DNA of 64,000 nt from Acidimicrobiia bacterium (GTDB lineage: Bacteria > Actinomycetota > Acidimicrobiia > Spongiisociales > UBA5794). Below, piece after piece: positions 38,839-51,056 of this stretch. The stretch spans positions 1,115 to 65,114 of the forward strand of contig JANTHO010000003.1 in NCBI GenBank assembly GCA_024762335.1, written 5' to 3'. Within the stretch, counting starts at the first letter, position 1, and each line of letters begins with the position of its first letter. Below the pieces are notes generated by a model that was given only the letters and a program-made list of their open reading frames with translations, made no database searches and was not told where the DNA came from. The position numbers and the translations under genes were made by a program.

Positions 38839-39556
38839 CGTCCGGCTCCTTTCCCTGTTCATAGAGGCTACGGATCTCTTCGATGGTGAGTGTGCGGTGT
38901 GAGCCTGCGGGCAGCGACCCGTCGCGGACGGATCCGATGGCGGTACGGACCAGTCGTTGAACTCGGTGACCGGACGCGTCCATCATCCGGCGAACAATCC
39001 GCTTCCGACCCTCCCCCATGACGATCTCCACCAGGGAGGTGCCTCGCGAAGAATCGATGACACGTGCCGACACCGCGGCGGCGGTGCCATCCTCGAGGTC
39101 AATTCCGTGGCGGAGCCGTCGGATCGTCGCCGGTTCGACGACCCCCGATACGAGCACGACGTAGGTCTTGTGGATTCCGTAGCGTGGGTGGGTGATCCGC
39201 AGCGTCAGATCCCCGTCGTTCGTGAGGATCATCAGTCCTTCTGAGTCGGCGTCCAGGCGGCCCGCCGGGTAAACCCGTGGTTCGGCCGGTACGAGGTCGA
39301 CGACGATCGGTCGGCCACCGGGGTCGCTTGCGGTGCTCACAGTCCCGACGGGTTTGTACACCAGGTACGTGGCGAGGTCCGGGGCGATCGGGAGCGGCAC
39401 ACCATCGATCGTGACTTTGGCGGTCTCCGGATCCACCTTCTGGCCGATCTGTGCCACGTGCCCGTCAACGGATACCCTCCCCCGGCCGATCAGCACCTCT
39501 GCGTGTCGTCGTGAAGCGAAGCCCGAGCGGGCGATCAGCTTGTGGAGTCGTTCGAT
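38816..39556 (-). CDS. rluB: rRNA pseudouridine synthase (RluB family); probable ATC start
   Basis: S4 motif ERLHKLIARSGFASRRHAE, GRLDADSEGL, EGRKRIVRRM; follows scpAB. Confidence 0.9.
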   Translation of the reverse strand: MERLHKLIARSGFASRRHAEVLIGRGRVSVDGHVAQIGQKVDPETAKVTIDGVPLPIAPDLATYLVYKPVGTVSTASDPGGRPIVVDLVPAEPRVYPAGRLDADSEGLMILTNDGDLTLRITHPRYGIHKTYVVLVSGVVEPATIRRLRHGIDLEDGTAAAVSARVIDSSRGTSLVEIVMGEGRKRIVRRMMDASGHRVQRLVRTAIGSVRDGSLPAGSHRTLTIEEIRSLYEQGKEPDDARRQDT

Positions 39557-40113
39557 GATGCCTCCGGTCGGAAAGGACGCTCAAGGGTCTCGACCACGTC
39601 CGCGGGGGGCACGTGATCGGCGAGCGGCGGCAGATCCTGCACGCTGTTCACCCCGAGCTTCTCGAGGAAGAGTTCCGTGGTTCCGTAGAGGATCGCCTGT
39701 CCGGGCCCGGGAGCCGTTCCGATTTCCCGCACGAGACCGCGTCGTTCGAGCGTTCGCAGTGCCCGTTCCGAATCGACCCCCCGCACCTCTGCCACCTGGC
39801 CACGCGATACAGGTTGTTTGTAGGCGACGACGGCGAGCGTCTCGAGGGCTGCACGGGACAGGCGGGTTGCCCGGTCCGTCGTGGCGAACCGTTCGAGATA
39901 CGGTCGTGCGTCGGCGGCCGTGTACAGCCGCCATCCTCCGGCAACGGCACGCAGGACGACGCCTCCGCCCCGTTCGTTGAGTTCTCGCTCGAGATCCGCG
40001 AGTGCTGCCTCCACCATGGCCGGGGGCGATTCCGTCACTTCGGACAGCTCCCCAACGGTCACCGGAGATTCGGCGACGAAGAGGATCGCTTCGATTGCGC
40101 TCCCGATGTCCAT
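39535..40113 (-). CDS. scpB: SMC-Scp complex subunit ScpB
   Basis: IEAILFVAESP, LSRAALETLAVVAYKQP, YGTTELFLEKLG. Confidence 0.96.
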   Translation of the reverse strand: MDIGSAIEAILFVAESPVTVGELSEVTESPPAMVEAALADLERELNERGGGVVLRAVAGGWRLYTAADARPYLERFATTDRATRLSRAALETLAVVAYKQPVSRGQVAEVRGVDSERALRTLERRGLVREIGTAPGPGQAILYGTTELFLEKLGVNSVQDLPPLADHVPPADVVETLERPFRPEASSNDSTS

Positions 40114-40886
40114 CAGTTGGGTTCCTCTCCGCTCAGCAGTGCATCGAGGCGTTCCGCCGCGTCTGCTTCGCTGTAGCTGATCATGATCTTCGATGTTCGA
40201 TCCTCCTGTGAAACGCGCAGGATCCCCCACCGTGCCAGTTCAAGGAGACCGAGGAAGTATGCGACGACCTCCACCGAGCGTGAACAGTGGGCGGTCAGCG
40301 TGTCGAAGTCTGTTTCGACGGCCAGAGCCATCCGGTCCTGAAGGTCCAGCATCGCTTCTTGCACGGAGGGAAGGTCGAGGTCCAGATGGTCCGTGTCGAC
40401 GGGATCGTCCCCCTCATCGAAAACCCGTTCCGCGATGGCGGCCAGTCCGGCCACGTCGACCGGGAGTGCCACATCGGGAGGGAGCGGGGTGACGTCCTCG
40501 AGACCCACCGATCTGGGAACGAACCGCTCACCTGCTGCGAACCGGTGTGCGAGCACTGCGGCCACGTCCTTGAAGGTGAGGTTCATGAGGAGCCGTGACA
40601 GGAGCCGATCCCGTTCCTCGGCGAGAGCGAGTTCGTCGTCGAGGTCGATCTCCCGATCGTCCGGGAGCAGACGTCTGGCCTTCAACTGGATCAGCGTCGA
40701 CGCGATCAACAGGAATTCGCTGGTCACGGTGAGATCCATCGAAGTCATCAGGTCGAGGTAGTCCAGATACTCTCCGACGAGGTCCGACAGGCTCAGTTCG
40801 GTGATCTCCACCTGATGCGATGTGATCAACTGGAGCAGCAGATCGAGCGGCCCTTCAAAGACCCGTGTTTTCACCTCGTACGTCAT
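40113..40886 (-). CDS. scpA: Segregation and condensation protein ScpA
   Basis: FEGPLDLLLQLI, SEFLLIASTLIQLKARRLLP, FLGLLEL. Confidence 0.96.
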   Translation of the reverse strand: MTYEVKTRVFEGPLDLLLQLITSHQVEITELSLSDLVGEYLDYLDLMTSMDLTVTSEFLLIASTLIQLKARRLLPDDREIDLDDELALAEERDRLLSRLLMNLTFKDVAAVLAHRFAAGERFVPRSVGLEDVTPLPPDVALPVDVAGLAAIAERVFDEGDDPVDTDHLDLDLPSVQEAMLDLQDRMALAVETDFDTLTAHCSRSVEVVAYFLGLLELARWGILRVSQEDRTSKIMISYSEADAAERLDALLSGEEPN

Positions 40887-40932
40887 GGGGACGATGTTAT
40901 CCGTCGGCATGCCGCGAAGCCGGGAACCCGCG

Positions 40933-41418
40933 TCATCCGTCCGCCTTACTCAACGCATCCCATCGGACCGGATCGATCCCCTTCGGTGGGGGGCCGGGAT
41001 GATGGAGGGCGAACGCAATCGTCAGCGCTTCACATCCGGCCTCCTCGAGCCTGGCGGCCCCCCTCGGCCCATGGTTCCGATATCGGCGCATCCGCCCCGT
41101 CATCGGCAATCGGGCGGCATCCAGCATCGTCGCCAGGGATCGCGCGATCGGTCCGATCGAAACGTCGCTCTTTCCGATGTCGTGAAGGAGAGCAGCCTCG
41201 ATCGCTTCGCGATCATCTCCGAGGGCCGTTTGAACACGTCGAGCGACGCCGACGGCGTGATCCTGGTCGGCGCCGTTCTGACTCCAGAACAGCGGCGCGC
41301 AGGCGTCGTTCAGATGATCGTGAACGAACTGCTGGTCCTCGGGGCCGGGAGGAGTAGCCCTGATGTGGCCGAAGAATCGTTCGACCAGGTGCTTCGCGGA
41401 ACCCAGTCGGCGATTCAC
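40933..41418 (-). CDS. HD-domain protein
   Basis: DQDHAVGVA, AALLHDIGK, HH, D; GTGA overlap with the DksA-like gene. Confidence 0.8.
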   Translation of the reverse strand: MNRRLGSAKHLVERFFGHIRATPPGPEDQQFVHDHLNDACAPLFWSQNGADQDHAVGVARRVQTALGDDREAIEAALLHDIGKSDVSIGPIARSLATMLDAARLPMTGRMRRYRNHGPRGAARLEEAGCEALTIAFALHHPGPPPKGIDPVRWDALSKADG

Positions 41419-41765
41419 GACGAGGACTTGCACCTCACGCAGAGTCGCGACGTCGGGCGGTAGGCCATCCGGTCGGCGCCGATGGGGGCCCCGCACCGTT
41501 CGCAGATCCCGTAGCGGTCCTCCGCGATCGCTGTGAGGGCTGCGTCGATGTCGTCGAGCCGCGTCTTGAGCGTCTTGGCGAGGCCGAGAATCTTGGTGCG
41601 TTCGGCGGTCACAGCGCCGGCGTCGGCGAACGCGTCGCCGAAATCGATCGTACCGTTGAGTTGCCCGGATTCGTCCGAGCCGATCTCGGTCAACTGGCGC
41701 ACGACTTTGTCCCGATCCTCGGTGAGGGCCGCTTTGGCGGCGTCGGTGTCGATGGTCGCGGTCAT
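41415..41765 (-). CDS. TraR/DksA C4-type zinc finger protein
   Basis: Coiled coil plus YGICERCGAPI...RPTSRLCVRC; GGAGG RBS. Confidence 0.9.
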   Translation of the reverse strand: MTATIDTDAAKAALTEDRDKVVRQLTEIGSDESGQLNGTIDFGDAFADAGAVTAERTKILGLAKTLKTRLDDIDAALTAIAEDRYGICERCGAPIGADRMAYRPTSRLCVRCKSSS

Positions 41766-41790
41766 GCCGAGTTCGTCCTCCTTCGTGCCC

Positions 41791-42672
41791 CTACCGTGCG
41801 CGGGGGTGCGCCAGCACATAAACCTCGTTCAGGTGCTCGGGGGACACAAGCGTGTAAACCTGTGTGGTGCTGATACTAGCGTGGCCGAGCATTTCCTGGA
41901 CGGTTCTCAGATCCGCACCCCCTTCGACCATGTGCGTTGCAGCCGAATGGCGGAGAACATGCGGCGACAGAGCATCCGTGTCGATCCCGGCGCGCCGGCC
42001 GTTGCGCTTGACGATCTCCCAGAGTCCCTGACGCGTGAGCCGCCGACCGCGGGCGTTGACGAACAGCACGTCGCTCCGCTCTCGCTCGTCGAGAAGATCG
42101 AGTCGGATTGGGAGGTAATCCCGAATCGCCGTTCGAGCGTGGCTTCCGAGTGGGATGAGACGCTGCTTGTTCCCCTTCCCCGTCACGATCAGAGTTCCCG
42201 CTTGCAGATCCAGATTGGTCAGTCCCACGGTGATCGTTTCGGTCGCGCGTGCCCCGGTCGCGTACAGGAATTCGAGAATGGCGGTATCCCGGATGCCGAG
42301 TGCGGTGGTCCGGTCCGGTGCTTCGAGGAGCCGCTCCACCTGATCGATCGTCAATGCTTTCGGCAGGCTCCGAGATCGGCGTGGCGTCTCGACGAGCACG
42401 GTCGGATCCTCATCAGCGAGACCTTCCACGATGAGGAACCGGTGGTAGCCGCGCACGGCGGCGAGGCGGCGCGCCCGCGTCGACCGAGCGAGATCTCTTC
42501 CCGCCAGATGAGCCACGAATTCCGCAACGCCGCGTGGTCCCGCCGTCGATTCGAGAAACGCAAAATAGTCCTCGAGGTCCCTGCGATAGGCAGCAACCGT
42601 GTTGGATGCGAGCCCCCGCTCTGATCGCAGTGAGCCGAGGAATTCCTCCGCTTCGGCCGGCAGCGGCCTCAT
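41791..42672 (-). CDS. xerD: Site-specific tyrosine recombinase XerD
   Basis: YATGAR, GKGNKQR, HVLRHSAATH, LGHASISTTQVY; chromosomal context after NUDIX/pyrG. Confidence 0.93.
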   Translation of the reverse strand: MRPLPAEAEEFLGSLRSERGLASNTVAAYRRDLEDYFAFLESTAGPRGVAEFVAHLAGRDLARSTRARRLAAVRGYHRFLIVEGLADEDPTVLVETPRRSRSLPKALTIDQVERLLEAPDRTTALGIRDTAILEFLYATGARATETITVGLTNLDLQAGTLIVTGKGNKQRLIPLGSHARTAIRDYLPIRLDLLDERERSDVLFVNARGRRLTRQGLWEIVKRNGRRAGIDTDALSPHVLRHSAATHMVEGGADLRTVQEMLGHASISTTQVYTLVSPEHLNEVYVLAHPRAR

Positions 42673-43199
42673 CGCTTCGATGTCAGGAGCAGACCGGCAA
42701 CGGTCTTGGCGTCGGTGATCTCTCCCGCCAGGACACGATCGACCGCTTCCGTGAGCGGAACGCGCACGATCGATGCGTGGTCTTCTTCAACGCCGACGGG
42801 CCGTGCCTCGACGGAGCGCAGGTCGGTGCCCAGGTAGATGGTGATGCACTCGTCGCTGAAGCCCGGCGTCGTGAGCAGGTCGGTTAGGTGCTCGAGATGA
42901 CCGGGCGTGTAGCCGACCTCTTCCTCGAGTTCCCTGGCGGCCGTATCGCGGCGCGGTTCCCCGGGAATGTCGAGCTTCCCCGCCGGGATCTCGAGGAGGC
43001 CCCTCCCGACGGCTGCCCGGTGCTGTTCGATCAGGATCACATCCCCATCGATCAACGGCACGACCGCGACGGCCCCGGGGTGCGCCACGACCACCCGCTC
43101 GATCACTCCGCCATTCGGCGTCTCGACGACGGCCCGATCGAGTCTGAGGAACAGCTCTTCGGCGATCGTTCTCGAACCGATCGTGCGAAATCTGCTCAT
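42669..43199 (-). CDS. NUDIX hydrolase (ADP-ribose pyrophosphatase-like)
   Basis: HPGAVAVV, EIPAGKLD...AARELEEEVG Nudix box, DAKT. Confidence 0.92.
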   Translation of the reverse strand: MSRFRTIGSRTIAEELFLRLDRAVVETPNGGVIERVVVAHPGAVAVVPLIDGDVILIEQHRAAVGRGLLEIPAGKLDIPGEPRRDTAARELEEEVGYTPGHLEHLTDLLTTPGFSDECITIYLGTDLRSVEARPVGVEEDHASIVRVPLTEAVDRVLAGEITDAKTVAGLLLTSKR

Positions 43200-43200
43200 C

Positions 43201-46543
<3,343 letters not shown>

Positions 46544-46555
46544 CAGCGGCCGTCG

Positions 46556-47353
46556 TCAGGCATGGGCGAGACCGAACTGGTGACGCACCGCCTGCGGGAA
46601 CGGATGGGTATCCAGCGTCAGGAAGTGCGCGCTCCTTCTCCCCCGCTGAACCACGATGCTCTCTCCGGGTTCGATGTTCCCGACCTTGTGCCCGTCGACG
46701 TTTACCCGTGCAGGGCGGTTGAGTTCGACATTGATCTCGATACGTGCGTTTCGCGAAACAACGAGGCTGCGGGAGAGAAGACTGTGAGGGGCGACCGGAG
46801 TGAGCAGCAGGGCTTCGACTTCGGGATCGACGACCGGACCTCCGGCAGAAAGCGAATACGCCGTCGATCCTGTGGGGGTCGCCACGATCATCCCATCGGT
46901 CCGGTAGTCGGCGAATCGATGTCCGTTGATCGTCACGCCGATCTCGATGATCCGTTCGCTGACGATCTTCTCGACAACCACGTCGTTGATCCCCGACGCG
47001 GCGAATCCCGGGCCCTCAACGTCGACGGTCATCACCGGGTAGACCCGACAACGGTCGGCGGCGAGCGCCGAAGCGAACGTGTCGATCTCGCTCACCGCGA
47101 ACTCTGCGAGGTATCCCACCCGCCCGACGTTGATCCCGGCTACGGGGATGCCCCGCTCGAGTCCGAGAGCTGCCGCCCGGAGCACGGTCCCGTCGCCGCC
47201 GACGCCGACAACGGCTTCAACCCCATCCGGCATCGGTTCCCCATTGACGGTGATCGTTTCGATGCCGTGCTCGACGCAGGCCTTCGTGAACGAACGGGCG
47301 GCGTCGGCCGCGTGAGGTTTCACATCATGGATGACGACGGCGATTCGTTTCAC
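46556..47353 (-). CDS. nadK: NAD kinase
   Basis: GGDGT, GINVGRVGYL, ND, TPTGSTAYSLSAGGP. Confidence 0.95.
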   Translation of the reverse strand: MKRIAVVIHDVKPHAADAARSFTKACVEHGIETITVNGEPMPDGVEAVVGVGGDGTVLRAAALGLERGIPVAGINVGRVGYLAEFAVSEIDTFASALAADRCRVYPVMTVDVEGPGFAASGINDVVVEKIVSERIIEIGVTINGHRFADYRTDGMIVATPTGSTAYSLSAGGPVVDPEVEALLLTPVAPHSLLSRSLVVSRNARIEINVELNRPARVNVDGHKVGNIEPGESIVVQRGRRSAHFLTLDTHPFPQAVRHQFGLAHA

Positions 47354-48141
47354 TGGGAACTCTCCTCGAGCGTTACGGCCCGTACGGTACCGGCATCGAC
47401 GGTGCGTTCGGCGACCCTCCCGTGGACGAGGAACTCCCGGTTCCCCTCGGTGCCGGTGATCGATGATCGCACGACACCAACGGTACCGATCCCACTCGCT
47501 TCGAGGGCGTCGATCGCCTGGCCGATCGCGATCGCGTGGACCTCCGGATCCCGGATGATGCCCCCCTTGCCGACGAGGTCCCTGCCCGCCTCGAACTGCG
47601 GTTTGACGAGCAGCACCCAATCGGAACCCTCAGAGCCCAGAGCGGCCAATTGTGGTGCGACCAGCGCCAGAGAGATGAAGGAAAGGTCGGCGACGATCAG
47701 ACCGAACGGCCCTCCGAGTGCCGTCGGATCGGCGTGGCGGATGTTCGTTCGTTCGATGACCGTCACGCGTTGGTCGGTCCGAAGACGATGATGGATCTGA
47801 CCGTACCCCACGTCGACGGCGACAACGGATGCCGCCCTACGCTGGAGCAGGCAGTCGGTGAACCCCCCGGTCGATGCCCCAACATCGACTGCCCGGCGCC
47901 CTTCGATGGGGATCCCGAACGCGTCGAGCGCCCCGTCGAGTTTCGCTCCCGCACGGCTCACGAACTGCTGAGGCGGCCCTTCGATCGAAAGCGGATCTTC
48001 GGGCGCCACCATGGTCGACGGCTTCGGCGAAGGGTTTCCGCGAACGCGCACGCTCCCCGACTCGATGGCGATGCGTGCAGCGGAGCGCGATGGAACGAGC
48101 TTGCGGCGGACCAACTCGGTGTCGAGGCGGCGTCTCGTCAG
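47350..48141 (-). CDS. tlyA: TlyA family rRNA 2'-O-methyltransferase; probable CTG start
   Basis: RRRLDTELVRR S4 start, VSRAGAKL, DVGASTGGFTD, DLSFISL, LVKPQFE, GNRE. Confidence 0.93.
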   Translation of the reverse strand: MTRRRLDTELVRRKLVPSRSAARIAIESGSVRVRGNPSPKPSTMVAPEDPLSIEGPPQQFVSRAGAKLDGALDAFGIPIEGRRAVDVGASTGGFTDCLLQRRAASVVAVDVGYGQIHHRLRTDQRVTVIERTNIRHADPTALGGPFGLIVADLSFISLALVAPQLAALGSEGSDWVLLVKPQFEAGRDLVGKGGIIRDPEVHAIAIGQAIDALEASGIGTVGVVRSSITGTEGNREFLVHGRVAERTVDAGTVRAVTLEESSQ

Positions 48142-48314
48142 GGGCTTTCGCTCCCGCTTCCACCGTCGATCTGATCGAGCGCATCTCCGAGGCGACCGGC
48201 GATCTCCTCCGCCGTGTCGGGGGCATCGGCGGCGTCGGCCTGGTCGAGTTCTCCTTCGAGGACGTCGAGAAGCGCTCCCGGGTCGTCCGGCTGTGGTGTG
48301 GGGTCCTGTGTCAT
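48138..48314 (-). CDS. Small acidic hypothetical protein (58 aa)
   Basis: MTQDPTPQPDDPGALLDVLEGELD...; fills the gap between the HAD gene and tlyA, and its stop overlaps the tlyA start. Confidence 0.55.
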   Translation of the reverse strand: MTQDPTPQPDDPGALLDVLEGELDQADAADAPDTAEEIAGRLGDALDQIDGGSGSESP

Positions 48315-48322
48315 GAGCCCCA

Positions 48323-49132
48323 TTATCGCCCGACCACGGCAGATTGCCGAGCCACGAGTGCAGGGAGGTCCGCTATCGATGCGATGGTGTGATCGGGTTG
48401 GAGATCGGCGGGAATCGGATCTCCGTCGCCCGTCACCCCGGTGAGCACGAGGACCTTCTTCCATCCCGCAGCCCGGGCGAGTGCCAGGTCCGTGTCCGGC
48501 CGGTCCCCGATCATCCACACATCCTCGTTCTCGATCTTCGATTCGATCATCCGCCTCATCGGCGGGAAGGGCTTGCCGCAAACGATCGGGCTCGTGCCGG
48601 TCGCTCGTTCGACGGCCGCCACGATCGCGCCCCCGCCCGGGTGTTTGCCCTGGGGCGTCGGGAACGTCGGGTCTGTGTTCGTCGCGACGAATCGGGCTCC
48701 CCCATTCACTGCGAGCACGGCAGAGGTGAGCCGCTCGTACGACAACCGACGGTCCAACCCGACGACGAGCACGGTCGCCTCGACCGGGTCGTCGGTGACT
48801 TCCAGCCCCGACTCTCGAAGGGTGTCTTCGAGTTCGGTCGAACCCAGCACAAGGCATCGTTCGTCGTGTCCTCTCAGCAGATTGGCCGCCGCCATCCCAG
48901 AGGTGATGACGGAACCCGGTTCCGGCACGAAACCCGTCTTCTGTGCGATGGACGCCTCAACGCTCGCCAGCGCTCGCGACGAGTTGTTCGTGGCGAACAG
49001 GATCTGATGTCCGGCGTCTCTCAAACGAGTAAGCGTCGTCCCGGCACCCGGTACCACTTCCCCGGAGAGATAAACGACACCGTCCAGATCAAACACGAAC
49101 GTTCGGTGAAGGGGTTCACCGGAGTTGGTCAT
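48323..49132 (-). CDS. HAD-IIA (NagD-like) hydrolase
   Basis: FDLDGVVY, TNNSS, CGKP, IGDRPDTD, VLTG. Confidence 0.93.
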   Translation of the reverse strand: MTNSGEPLHRTFVFDLDGVVYLSGEVVPGAGTTLTRLRDAGHQILFATNNSSRALASVEASIAQKTGFVPEPGSVITSGMAAANLLRGHDERCLVLGSTELEDTLRESGLEVTDDPVEATVLVVGLDRRLSYERLTSAVLAVNGGARFVATNTDPTFPTPQGKHPGGGAIVAAVERATGTSPIVCGKPFPPMRRMIESKIENEDVWMIGDRPDTDLALARAAGWKKVLVLTGVTGDGDPIPADLQPDHTIASIADLPALVARQSAVVGR

Positions 49133-49644
49133 CGTTCCGGCGCCTCTTCACCGTCGCGGTCAGAGCGATGCATCGTGATCGAGCGGGCTTTGAATCCGTT
49201 CGCTTCGAAGAAGTTCTTCGCCATCCGATGTCCCGGGCTGACGGGCGCGTCGAAGAGGGCGATCCCCCGCTCGATCAAGTTGTCGAGGGCTGCTGCAAGC
49301 ATCGCCGAGCCGACTCCGACTCCCCGGGCCTCCGGCTCGGTGTAGATGAACTTGATCACTCCGATCCTCTGAGCTTCCCTCGGGGCAAGGAGCGGAGCTT
49401 CGATCGCCACGAGGAAGCCGAAGCTGGAACCGTCGATCTGGCCGACGATCACAAGGGCGTCTTCGGAATCGATCAGACGGCCGATTGAGTCGTCGACCGG
49501 TTGAGCCAATCCATCCGTGTGCGGCCAGATGGGCCGGATGGCTTGTTGCTCTTCGGCGAGACGGCCGTACATCTCGACCAGACCGTCGCGGTCGGTGGCC
49601 GTTGCACGCCGTGCGTTGATGATCATGGGAGCGGTGAGTGACAC
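49129..49644 (-). CDS. GNAT family N-acetyltransferase
   Basis: YTEPEARGVGVG acetyl-CoA motif, PGHRMAKNFFEANGF. Confidence 0.88.
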   Translation of the reverse strand: MSLTAPMIINARRATATDRDGLVEMYGRLAEEQQAIRPIWPHTDGLAQPVDDSIGRLIDSEDALVIVGQIDGSSFGFLVAIEAPLLAPREAQRIGVIKFIYTEPEARGVGVGSAMLAAALDNLIERGIALFDAPVSPGHRMAKNFFEANGFKARSITMHRSDRDGEEAPER

Positions 49645-49704
49645 GCCGGCAAGAGTATCAAGGACCCGTTGCCAACCGAACCGGCGAACTCTGCTCCGCA
49701 GAAG

Positions 49705-49738
49705 CACCTATACGCACCTGCGAGCCCTGGGTTCGCAG
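49705..49738. repeat. Palindrome related to the termini of the 16.8-kb hairpin
   Basis: CTGCGAGCCC-T-GGGTTCGCAG at 49718-49738; the minus strand reads GAACCCAGGG-N12-TATA, as do both ends of the 16.8-kb element. Confidence 0.6.
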
Positions 49739-49743
49739 CGGGG

Positions 49744-50511
49744 TTAGTGGTGGCCGAACCTGCGCTGCCAGCCCCAGCGCGTGACGAGGCGCATCGCTTC
49801 CATCGCGATCGCGCTCGACATCTTCGATGTGCCGGCTTCGCGATCCTTGAAGCGGATCGGTACCTCCGTGATCTTCAGACCCGCTTCTGATGCCCGCCAG
49901 GCCATCTCCACCTGGAATGCATATCCCGACGCGTCACACGTCTCCGGCTGCAAGCGACGAATCGCATCCACGCGAAACGCCCGGAAGCCCGCCGTGGCGT
50001 CCCGGACTTTGATACCGAGCATCAAGGCGGCGTAGCGGTTTCCACCTTCAGAGATCAGTCTGCGGTGCCACGGCCAGTCGTCTGCACCCCCACCGGGAAC
50101 ATATCGACTCCCGATCGCAAGATCCGCGCCGGCTTCGATCGCCGCGACGAGGCGCGGCAGGTCCGCCGGGTCATGGGAGAAATCCGCATCCATCTCGCAG
50201 AGGACTCTTCCATCGAGCTCTGCTGCGCGCGCGAACCCGGCTGCATACGCCTTGCCGAGACCCGCCTTCTCGCTCCTGTGGAGCACGGATATGCCGTCGT
50301 CGTGTGCGGCAAGGACGTCTGCGGTGTCACCGGTCCCGTCCGGGGAACCATCGTCGACGACGAGAAGCCGATAGCCCTGGGTGCGAACGGCGGACGCGAT
50401 CGCTTCGATGTTCTCGGCTTCGTTGTACGTCGGCACGATCACGATGACGTCATCAGGGTGGATCATCGTCGCATCGGTTCCGGATCGAACGACTTCGGGT
50501 TGTGTCTCCAT
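49744..50511 (-). CDS. Polyprenol monophosphomannose synthase (GT2)
   Basis: VPTYNEAENI, VDDGSPDGTG, EMDADFSH, GSRY, DATAGFR. Confidence 0.92.
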   Translation of the reverse strand: METQPEVVRSGTDATMIHPDDVIVIVPTYNEAENIEAIASAVRTQGYRLLVVDDGSPDGTGDTADVLAAHDDGISVLHRSEKAGLGKAYAAGFARAAELDGRVLCEMDADFSHDPADLPRLVAAIEAGADLAIGSRYVPGGGADDWPWHRRLISEGGNRYAALMLGIKVRDATAGFRAFRVDAIRRLQPETCDASGYAFQVEMAWRASEAGLKITEVPIRFKDREAGTSKMSSAIAMEAMRLVTRWGWQRRFGHH

Positions 50512-50589
50512 GGAGACAGTATCGGAGCCTGATGCGGCTCGCTTGAAGCGGAATCCCCGTTCACCGGCGGTTCCGTTCTCCGCGGCCCG

Positions 50590-50997
50590 TCAACCGGCGC
50601 AGTCTTTGCAGATCTTCTTTCGCGGGTTCGCGAGCTGGCTCGTCTTCAACACGAGGAAGCACTTCGAGCACACGAATTCGCCGTCGGTCGCTTCGGCGAC
50701 GCCCTGCTGGTCCATCGCAAGCTCAGCCATCCGAATGGCCCTCATTTCGGCGGCCTCGTCGACGACGAGCGTTTCGTTCGTCTCGTCTTCGGTGAGCATC
50801 TCGAGCTCTTCCGCTTCGAGTTCGTCCAGCGCCTCTTCTTCCGCTTCCTCTTCGCCTTCATCGGCGGCGTCATCGTCAACGACCTCGTCGACGGCGGTGG
50901 CGATCACCTCGTCGCTCAGCATGTCGTCATCGATGACTTCGGCCAGATCCGCCTCATCATCGGGTGGATTCTCGTCGATGATCTCGTCGATTGGCAT
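50590..50997 (-). CDS. DUF4193-like acidic protein with a C-terminal Cys4 knuckle
   Basis: EFVCSKCFLVLKTSQLA...ICKDCA; GGAGG RBS. Confidence 0.78.
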   Translation of the reverse strand: MPIDEIIDENPPDDEADLAEVIDDDMLSDEVIATAVDEVVDDDAADEGEEEAEEEALDELEAEELEMLTEDETNETLVVDEAAEMRAIRMAELAMDQQGVAEATDGEFVCSKCFLVLKTSQLANPRKKICKDCAG

Positions 50998-51056
50998 GGG
51001 TACAACCTCCTGCGGCGCGGGAGCATACACGGCGAAGCGTCTATCTGTGGACGGTT

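Noticed and set aside
41791-42672. Tyrosine recombinase as a mobile-element integrase
   Set aside because: The sequence and the pyrG-NUDIX-xerD-scpAB context indicate housekeeping XerD; it is far from the tRNA att site.
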